DNA of 64,000 bases from Candidatus Saccharimonadales bacterium. Its GTDB lineage: Bacteria > Acidobacteriota > Terriglobia > Acidiferrales > UBA7541. The DNA is taken from contig DATHNC010000057.1 in the NCBI GenBank assembly GCA_035486415.1, forward strand, positions 119-64,118. Direction: 5' to 3'. A program made the position numbers and the translations under genes. Below the pieces are notes generated by a model that was not told the DNA's origin, searched no databases, and saw only the letters and a list, made by a program, of their open reading frames with translations. The number at the start of each line of letters is the position of its first letter. The stretch's first letter is position 1. Below, one piece after another: positions 17,649-24,178 of this stretch.

Positions 17649-18665
17649 ATGAAAAAACTGGCTGTATTCCTCGTGAAGGCTATTGTTGGACTGGTTGTAT
17701 TCCTGGTTGTTGCCATCATTGGCCTGAATCTCTACGTTGCTTCCCGTCCCGCGGGCAAAACAGTGAAGCCTGCCGGGACGATTTCCATTCCAGTGCCGTT
17801 TCATCTGGGGCGGCCATTCATTGATTACATGACCATCAATGGCACGCGGCTTTACGCTGGATACGCCAGCCAGGGGACGGTCGGCGTGGTCGACACGACA
17901 ACAAACACGACAGTGGCAACGATTGATGGCCTTACCCGGGTGCATGGAATCGCAATCGTTCCTGACCGCCATCTGGGCTTTGCATCCTCGAGCGGCGACA
18001 ACGTGGTCGGCGTTTTCGATCTGAATTCCAATCATCTCCTACAAAAGATTCCCGCTGGGGACGGCGCGGACGCCATCATTTACGATGCGCAACCTGGCCT
18101 GGTTTACCTCGCAAATCATGCGGGAAAGACGGGCATGCTGATTGACCCTGTGGCCCTAAAAGTAACAGCAACAATCCCCTTGGGCGGAGAGCCCGAATAT
18201 CCCCAAGCGGATCCGGAAACTGGACTGATCTATCAGAACCTTGAGGACACGAGCGAACTGGTGGTGATTGACCCGCTGAAACAGGCGGTGATTAAACGCT
18301 ATAAACTCGACCCCGGCGAAGGACCTACCGGGTTGGCTCTGGATGCAACCAATCACCGCTTGTTCAGTGCCACGGGAAACAAAAAGTTGATGGTGCTGGA
18401 CAGCCAAACAGGCTCAATCGTCGCTGCGCTACCGATTGAAGCAGGTTGCGACGGCGCAGGCTATGATCCTATCCTGCACCGTGTTTATACGGCGAACAGC
18501 ATTGGCACCATGACCGTCATCCAGCAGGATTCAGCAGATCAATATCATGTGGTCGAAAATGCCAGGACGCATCTGGTCGGGCATTCACTGGTCGTGGACC
18601 CTGCCACTCATCGCATTTTCGTAGCCTACTTTGGGTCAATCGCTGCGTACGATCCTGCAAATTGA
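17649..18665 (+). CDS. YncE/YVTN-like beta-propeller repeat protein, membrane-anchored or secreted
   Basis: ORF 17601-18665. ATG at 17649 follows AGGAG. N-terminal hydrophobic helix, then repeated ...LY(L/T)AN... / V(V)D blades typical of YVTN-family propellers. Confidence 0.7.
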   Translation: MKKLAVFLVKAIVGLVVFLVVAIIGLNLYVASRPAGKTVKPAGTISIPVPFHLGRPFIDYMTINGTRLYAGYASQGTVGVVDTTTNTTVATIDGLTRVHGIAIVPDRHLGFASSSGDNVVGVFDLNSNHLLQKIPAGDGADAIIYDAQPGLVYLANHAGKTGMLIDPVALKVTATIPLGGEPEYPQADPETGLIYQNLEDTSELVVIDPLKQAVIKRYKLDPGEGPTGLALDATNHRLFSATGNKKLMVLDSQTGSIVAALPIEAGCDGAGYDPILHRVYTANSIGTMTVIQQDSADQYHVVENARTHLVGHSLVVDPATHRIFVAYFGSIAAYDPAN

Positions 18666-18757
18666 ACTCATGAAAAGAGGCCCAGACTGTCCTGATGTGG
18701 TTAAGACAGAGTCTTCTAAAGAAACTATGATGCTTTGCCGCACAGTATGACAGTTCC

Positions 18758-18960
18758 GGTGCTGTCCTAAATTGAAATGAATTTGGCTGGCACGATTCTT
18801 TAGGAGGTCGGGACTTCAGTCCCGACGATGAGCTTGGTTTGAAAGGGGTTTTAACCCCTGAGGCTTCAGGGGCTGAAGCCCGCGAGAATATGCAACTCAA
18901 ATGGCCGAGTTGAAACTCGGCCCTCCTAAATTCAAGCGATTTTCAAATTAGGACAGCACC
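18758..18960. repeat. About 200 nt multi-hairpin element bounded by 20 nt terminal inverted repeats (MITE-like element or structured RNA)
   Basis: Terminal IRs GGTGCTGTCCTAAATTGAAA (18758-18777) and TTTCAAATTAGGACAGCACC (18941-18960). Inner IR TAGGAGG / CCTCCTA (18801-18807 / 18923-18929). Four perfect hairpins at 18807-18826, 18844-18859, 18862-18880 and 18903-18922. Confidence 0.6.
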
Positions 18961-19084
18961 AGAGTTCCAGGGGCGAGACAACTAGCATATTCATACGTTA
19001 CAATGTCGGCTCAATCGAAACTCTGCACGGCGCATTGCAAGAGCGACTGGACCGCAAAAAGGCATCACAGTCCAATTGAACGGG

Positions 19085-19159
19085 TTGGGGATGGTGCAAT
19101 CGGTAGCACAGCGGCCTTTGAAGCCGTTAATCTTGGTTCGAGTCCAAGTCCCCAAGCCA
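19085..19159 (+). tRNA. tRNA-Gln (anticodon UUG)
   Basis: A 75 nt cloverleaf can be drawn. Acceptor TTGGGGA/TCCCCAA, U8, D-stem GTGC/GCAC with GG in the loop, anticodon stem GCGGC/GCCGT, loop CTTTGAA, T-arm CTTGG-TTCGAGT-CCAAG, discriminator G, encoded CCA. Confidence 0.9.
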
Positions 19160-19304
19160 TATTTTGGAATTACTCGTAAGTTTGGCTTCAAGAAAGTAGC
19201 AAGTCTTTTGTTTGGTCGAATTTGGCCCGTGAACACCGCTCCCTAAAGCTAGCTGTCCCGTTTGGTGTCCAGACCCGGAGCCACTTTCTTAAATTGCCAA
19301 AAAA

Positions 19305-20024
19305 ATGAATATTCATGACCTAGCCCTCGGCGCGATTTGGTACATCGTTTTTCTTTTTTCGACGACGTGCCACGAAGCCGCGCACTCGCTGGCCGCCAAA
19401 CTTGGCGGGGACATGACTGCGGCTGAGGGCGGACAGGTGACGCTCAATCCCCTTCCGCACATTCGCCGCTCGCTGTTCGGTATGGTCATCGTTCCGATTC
19501 TTTCCTACGTGCTGGGAGGATGGATGATCGGATGGGCTAACGCGCCGTTCGATCCGGCCTGGCAGCAGCAATATCCCCGGCGCTCCGCGTGGATGGCTCT
19601 TGCGGGTCCAGCCGCCAATTTTTCTTTAATGATCTTGGCTGGAGTTGCGATACGCATCGGCCTGATGGCCGGATACTTTGCGCCGCCCAAATTTATTCAG
19701 GGTTTCGGAGGGCTGGTGCTGCCCGCAAATAGTTCGGAACCGAATTTCATTACTTCCGCGCTCAGCATACTTTTCATACTTAATATGCTGCTGGGGACAT
19801 TCAACTTGCTGCCAGTTCCTCCACTGGATGGGAGCGCAGGAATAATGGTCTTGATGCCTGACGGCTTGGCGCATCGCTATCTCGGCTGGGTGAATCAGTC
19901 CAAGAATTTCGCCATGCTAGGTCTTTTGGTCGCGTGGTCTCTTTACAATCGTATTTTCCAGACGGTCTTCTTCTTTGCACTGCACAGCCTCTACGCAGGT
20001 GTCCACAGCAGCCAATCGCTCTAG
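19305..20024 (+). CDS. Site-2 protease family (peptidase M50) membrane metalloprotease
   Basis: Polytopic hydrophobic 239-aa protein with HEAAH (HExxH) in the first TM segment and NLLPVPPLDG (the second M50 motif). Confidence 0.8.
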   Translation: MNIHDLALGAIWYIVFLFSTTCHEAAHSLAAKLGGDMTAAEGGQVTLNPLPHIRRSLFGMVIVPILSYVLGGWMIGWANAPFDPAWQQQYPRRSAWMALAGPAANFSLMILAGVAIRIGLMAGYFAPPKFIQGFGGLVLPANSSEPNFITSALSILFILNMLLGTFNLLPVPPLDGSAGIMVLMPDGLAHRYLGWVNQSKNFAMLGLLVAWSLYNRIFQTVFFFALHSLYAGVHSSQSL

Positions 20025-20172
20025 GAGCCAGCACTAGTAAACATTAGTGAAACCAATTCCCTTCTGTTCCAAACTTGCACGCATGTCTCAAATTGTTCGA
20101 TTTCACCATGGCTTCAAGCCGAAACACATGCCTTAACCCCTTATCTTTCAATACCATCTTTTTTTGTAACTG

Positions 20173-20188
20173 TGGCACTTCAGCTGCA
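20173..20188 (+). promoter_or_regulatory. Candidate sigma-54 (-24/-12) promoter P1
   Basis: TGGCAC-TTCAG-CTGCA matches TGGCAC-N5-TTGCA with one mismatch. GG and GC have the canonical spacing. The C of GC is at 20187, 14 nt before the ATG at 20201. Confidence 0.5.
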
Positions 20189-20200
20189 TTTAATACCTAT

Positions 20201-20620
20201 ATGAAAGATACGTTGACAAGTAACTCGTTCCACGTGCCGGGAGAATACCGCATTGAAATTTCTGGCTGGGGAGCGGATAACAGCTTCTTTGTTGAAAGAG
20301 CGAACTTAATATGGAGATCGGGTGGTGAAAAACAAGTCCACCTGTTTCGCGCACTGCCCGAAGGTGCGATGATTTTTGTCCGATCGATTTCCAGCGATCC
20401 GTCAAATCTCTCCGTACCAGTTGCTTACAAAGTTAGAACCGTACTGCTCATGGATTCTGAGGGCCGCTACCCGATGAATCTGGTGCAAATGCACCCGCGC
20501 AGCATGGAAGTTAAGGAATCTTTAACCCGCGGAATTGCATCGAATAAACAGGAGGCAAGGAGACAATGCGAAACGAACGTCTCAGAAACGACATTGGAAC
20601 AAGAGGAGATCCTCCGATGA
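20201..20620 (+). CDS. Hypothetical protein (139 aa)
   Basis: ORF 20075-20620. The first plausible ATG is at 20201, and the upstream part of the ORF overlaps promoter-like sequence. Stop overlaps the next start (ATGA at 20617-20620). No motif recognised; a PilZ-like beta-barrel is only a weak impression. Confidence 0.5.
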   Translation: MKDTLTSNSFHVPGEYRIEISGWGADNSFFVERANLIWRSGGEKQVHLFRALPEGAMIFVRSISSDPSNLSVPVAYKVRTVLLMDSEGRYPMNLVQMHPRSMEVKESLTRGIASNKQEARRQCETNVSETTLEQEEILR

Positions 20621-20841
20621 AACATGAAGCGTTGTATCGCACGAGGGAAGATCGTTTGGCCACACTGGAAGAAGTTCGCTGCGCAACGATTTCATCGCGT
20701 GAAAATCTCCTGGATCTTTGCCAGGTGCAGGGAAACTACTGCCAGATGGACTCGGACACCGGAGGGATCATTCGGTACCCCAGTGAGGAATTCGAGTTTT
20801 TTGCCTACTTGAGCGAAATGGACGGTGGAGTTCCGAACTGA
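20617..20841 (+). CDS. Hypothetical small protein (74 aa), translationally coupled to the preceding ORF
   Basis: ATG at 20617 overlaps the upstream stop by 4 nt. No motif recognised. Confidence 0.45.
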   Translation: MKHEALYRTREDRLATLEEVRCATISSRENLLDLCQVQGNYCQMDSDTGGIIRYPSEEFEFFAYLSEMDGGVPN

Positions 20842-21101
20842 TCGTCGAATGATTCGAACGATAAGAAAGAGTTAATTCAAAATTGGCACAGATGCACAGT
20901 GATTCAATCCAATTCGGGACAGCGCTTCGGACTCAATGGGGTAAGATTGAGCCAGAAGTGGTGTGCCCGTTCATACGCCGCGACTGCGTTTGCTCTCCCG
21001 CCCTGTACAACTAGTAGTATGCAGAAGACTTACTGCGAGTTTCCCCCAAGCTTAAAATTCACTTCATAATTTAATTCTTCCAATCATCTTGTCGGTGATT
21101 T

Positions 21102-21117
21102 TGGCACACGCCGTGCC
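21102..21117 (+). promoter_or_regulatory. Candidate sigma-54 (-24/-12) promoter P2
   Basis: TGGCAC-ACGCC-GTGC with canonical GG/GC spacing. The C of GC is at 21116, 13 nt before the ATG at 21129 of the activator gene. Confidence 0.4.
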
Positions 21118-21128
21118 AGTGATTCATC

Positions 21129-22550
21129 ATGGACACTTTGACAGCACCATCTCATGCAGGAAATTTTGTTCGAGGCAGTTCAGAAGATGCCATGACCGTT
21201 TGCGTCCTGGACGATGAACCGGCCATGGTTGAAATGCTGCAGGAATCGCTGCGATGCCTCGGCTTCAATTCTATTGGCACGAGCGACCCGCACTTCGCGC
21301 TTGAGCTGATCGAGCAGAGCCGCGTGCGCGTTGTGATGTCAGACATAAAAATGCCGGGGATGGATGGCCTCAAATTTCTTGAACAGGCCATCCAGCGCGA
21401 TCCCGGCGTTTACGTGATGCTGATGACGGGCTACTACTCCATTGACAATGCCATCGCCGCAGTGAAACGCGGCGCCTACGACTACGTTCCCAAACCGGTT
21501 GACCGCATGCGCCTCAAAAAATCACTCGACGAACTTTCCGAATCTTTCCACAAACGGAAACGAATACGCAGCCTCGAACAACAACTGTTGAGCGACCTCG
21601 AGTTCCACGGAATCGTGGGCCGAAGCCCGGCCATGGTGGAAGTATTTGAAATGGTTCGCAAAGTCGCGCGGCATTACACCAACATTCTGCTGATTGGCCC
21701 CACAGGAACCGGCAAGGAACTGATTGCCAAATCGATTCACCAGATGAGTCCGGTATCGCAGCAGCGATTTGCCGTCTGCAATTGCTCCGCGATGGTCGAC
21801 ACGCTTCTCGAAAGCCAACTGTTCGGGCACGTGCGCGGCTCATTCACGGGCGCCACGGACACTCGCCCCGGACTGTTTGAATACGCAAATGGCGGAACGG
21901 TTTTCCTGGACGAAGTGGGGGAAACATCGCTCGCCATGCAAGCCAAGTTGTTGCGCGTGATTCAAAACCGCGAAATCCAGCGCGTCGGTTCTCCGGAAGT
22001 GCGTCACGTGGATGTACGGCTCGTAGCGGCGACGAATCGCGATTTGCGCGCCGAGGTTTTGGCCGGGCGCTTCCGCGAAGATTTATTTTACCGGCTCAGC
22101 ACCATACAAATCCGCGTTCCCAATCTGGCCGAACGCCTGGACGACATTCCCTTGCTCATCCAGTTCTTTCTTAAAAAATATAATGAAGCTTACTCCAAAC
22201 AAATCAGGGGGCTTACACGGCGGGCCCAAACAGTCCTTTACCAACACGCGTGGCCCGGGAACGTCCGGGAACTCGAAAACGTTATTTCTTGCGCGTGTTT
22301 AACCTCCGTCAATGAATTCGTCGATGTGGACGATTTGCCGGAGAACCTGCAGAAACCCAGCATCGGCCGCAATGGAGATGCCTGGAGGCCGGTACCTTTG
22401 GAAGAGGTTCGCCGCCAGCACATTCGGCGAGTGATGGATGCCTGCGAAGGCAACCGCGTTCGCGCCGCGCAAATGCTGGGCATTGGCCGAACGAGCTTGT
22501 ACCGCTTCCTGAAGCGCGCCGAGAAAAAATCGGCAACTTCGGGAGCGTAG
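21129..22550 (+). CDS. Sigma-54-dependent response regulator (NtrC family: REC, AAA+ and Fis-type HTH)
   Basis: REC domain with VLDDEP and phospho-acceptor context VMSDIKMPGMDG. AAA+ motifs GPTGTGKE, GAFTGA-like GSFTGA, ESQLFGH, VRLVAATN. C-terminal HTH AAQMLGIGRTSLYRFLK. An alternative start at 21192 (M22) is possible. Confidence 0.9.
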   Translation: MDTLTAPSHAGNFVRGSSEDAMTVCVLDDEPAMVEMLQESLRCLGFNSIGTSDPHFALELIEQSRVRVVMSDIKMPGMDGLKFLEQAIQRDPGVYVMLMTGYYSIDNAIAAVKRGAYDYVPKPVDRMRLKKSLDELSESFHKRKRIRSLEQQLLSDLEFHGIVGRSPAMVEVFEMVRKVARHYTNILLIGPTGTGKELIAKSIHQMSPVSQQRFAVCNCSAMVDTLLESQLFGHVRGSFTGATDTRPGLFEYANGGTVFLDEVGETSLAMQAKLLRVIQNREIQRVGSPEVRHVDVRLVAATNRDLRAEVLAGRFREDLFYRLSTIQIRVPNLAERLDDIPLLIQFFLKKYNEAYSKQIRGLTRRAQTVLYQHAWPGNVRELENVISCACLTSVNEFVDVDDLPENLQKPSIGRNGDAWRPVPLEEVRRQHIRRVMDACEGNRVRAAQMLGIGRTSLYRFLKRAEKKSATSGA

Positions 22551-22578
22551 TGTTTGATGTGGATTCCAGATCAGGCTG

Positions 22579-22609
22579 GCGGGTTTGAATTCGTCCGCTT
22601 CAAACCCGC
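22579..22609 (+). terminator. Hairpin after the activator gene (possible terminator, no U-tract)
   Basis: GCGGGTTTGAA (22579-22589) pairs with TTCAAACCCGC (22599-22609), 29 nt after the stop. Confidence 0.35.
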
Positions 22610-22758
22610 AAAGCTTTCACTTGTTTAACTCACCACGAATTTAAATCCCCCCAGTTAAGCCAGGCGTTTTGTTCAACTCAATCCGGCCCCGTTTCATGGG
22701 AGTATAATCCTGCCGTGTTTCAGGCCAGTTCCTAAATTGTGCTTCTGGAGGATTTGGT

Positions 22759-23754
22759 ATGCAAAGCAATCCCAAAAAACAATTCATGACACGCCGCGAG
22801 CTGATGCGCGTCTCGGCCGCACTGGCTGGCGGGGCGGTTGCGGCACGATTCTATCCTGATGCTCTTGTGCGCGCAGCTGCGCCTGGATTTCCGCAGAAAT
22901 CACCCGCCGAGCAAGTAGCGGCGATGCGCGCGCAATTTGGCGGTAATCCCATCGAGGTGCAAAAGCTGACGGAGAACGTCACACTTCTCTCCGGCCCGGG
23001 CGGCAACGTAGTCGTGTTGAACGGCGCGGACGGAAAGCTGATGGGCGACACCTTTGTTCAGCCCGCATGGGCGCACCTGAAAACAGCGCTGGACAATATC
23101 AGCAAAGCGCCAGTGAAAACAGCAATCGACACGCACTGGCACTTCGATCACGCGGACAACAACGCGTCGCTGCACTCTGCCGGCGCAACACTCGTCGCGC
23201 ATGAAAACACCAAAAAGCGAATGTCCGAGAGCCACACGCTCGCGGTTCTGAATCTAACGTTTCCTCCATCTCCGGCGGATGCCTTGTCGGAGCAGACTTT
23301 CAAGGAGACGCATAAGATTACGACGAACGGCGAAACGGTATCGCTCATCCACATTCCTCCTGCGCACACCGATTCCGACATTTATCTTCATTTTGAAAAT
23401 GCCAACGTGCTGCAATCGGGCGACGTTTTTTTCAATGGAATGTATCCCTACATCGATAATGGAACCGGCGGCAGCGTCAGCGGCATGATCGCGGGCGCGA
23501 CGAAAATTCTGGCAGTGGTTGACAACAACACCAGGATTGTTCCGGGACACGGGGCGCTCGGAAACAAAGCCGACCTCACGAAATATCGCGACATGCTGAC
23601 AACCGTGCGTGGGCGGCTGCAAAAAATAAAGTCTTCGGGCAAAACCGTGGAAGAAGCTGTTACCGCAAAGCCTCTGGCTGATCTCGATCCCGTCTGGGGC
23701 AAGGGCTTGTTCAACAGCGACACGTTTATCCAAATCGCTTATCCGGCGCTGTGA
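22759..23754 (+). CDS. Exported MBL-fold metallo-hydrolase (Tat-type signal)
   Basis: GGAGG RBS. MTRRELMRVSAALAGGAVAA twin-arginine leader. HWHFDHADNN (HxHxDH) and later PGHG. Confidence 0.8.
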   Translation: MQSNPKKQFMTRRELMRVSAALAGGAVAARFYPDALVRAAAPGFPQKSPAEQVAAMRAQFGGNPIEVQKLTENVTLLSGPGGNVVVLNGADGKLMGDTFVQPAWAHLKTALDNISKAPVKTAIDTHWHFDHADNNASLHSAGATLVAHENTKKRMSESHTLAVLNLTFPPSPADALSEQTFKETHKITTNGETVSLIHIPPAHTDSDIYLHFENANVLQSGDVFFNGMYPYIDNGTGGSVSGMIAGATKILAVVDNNTRIVPGHGALGNKADLTKYRDMLTTVRGRLQKIKSSGKTVEEAVTAKPLADLDPVWGKGLFNSDTFIQIAYPAL

Positions 23755-23902
23755 AACGCATGGCCGCGGGAAAACGATTGGAATTATTTTCATTTTTTCT
23801 TCGGCTGAATATTTTTTCGCAAGGTGTTTTCTTTTTTTCATGCGCATGGCTGTGCTAGACTGCCTTTGCAGCCGCTTCCTATTGGAGCGACTGCCGATGC
23901 GT

Positions 23903-24006
23903 GGAACTTCGGGCTCTGTGCGACGAAGTCCCGCGAACCCCGCCAGGCCCGGAAGGGAGCAACGGTACCGGGATCACTTCGAGTGCCACAGAGTACCCGA
24001 AGTTCC
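23903..24006 (+). ncRNA. ffs: Signal recognition particle RNA (4.5S / small bacterial SRP RNA); ends approximate
   Basis: CCAGGCCCGGAAGGGAGCAACGG matches the conserved domain IV (helix 8) core CAGGUCCGGAAGGAAGCAGC. It is closed by a long helix GGAACTTCGGGCTCTGTG / CACAGAGTACCCGAAGTTCC. It lies immediately upstream of dnaX, the same order as in Bacillus. Confidence 0.8.
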
Positions 24007-24051
24007 TCTCATCTAAATGTATCGGAATTATTCTTCGGCGATCCAACTGCT

Positions 24052-24125
24052 GTAGCCCGCCTCTTTAGAGGCGGGGGTTTAGACGACGGAACATCTAAAC
24101 CCTCGCCTCTAAAGAGGCGAGCTAC
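24052..24125. repeat. 74 nt palindromic intergenic element: variant of the GT(A/G)GC...GGGGTT(T)AG family with a different internal palindrome
   Basis: GTAGC-CCGCCTCTTTAGAGGCGG-GGGTTTAG...CTAAACCC-TCGCCTCTAAAGAGGCGA-GCTAC. The arms are 29/31 complementary and each arm is itself a hairpin. Confidence 0.7.
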
Positions 24126-24178
24126 AATAGCGAGCAACAAAGCGGGATGAATTTTTATTACGGCTGGGTGCATACGGA

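Noticed and set aside
18666-20024. Genomic island integrated at tRNA-Gln
   Set aside because: The region around the tRNA is somewhat AT-rich and holds hypothetical genes. However, there is no integrase, no direct repeat of the tRNA 3' end that I could find, and no phage or mobility genes.
23254-24150. ORFs 23254-23847 (minus strand) and 23824-24150 (plus strand)
   Set aside because: The first is antisense to the MBL hydrolase gene. The second is a translation through the SRP RNA and the 24052-24125 palindromic element.
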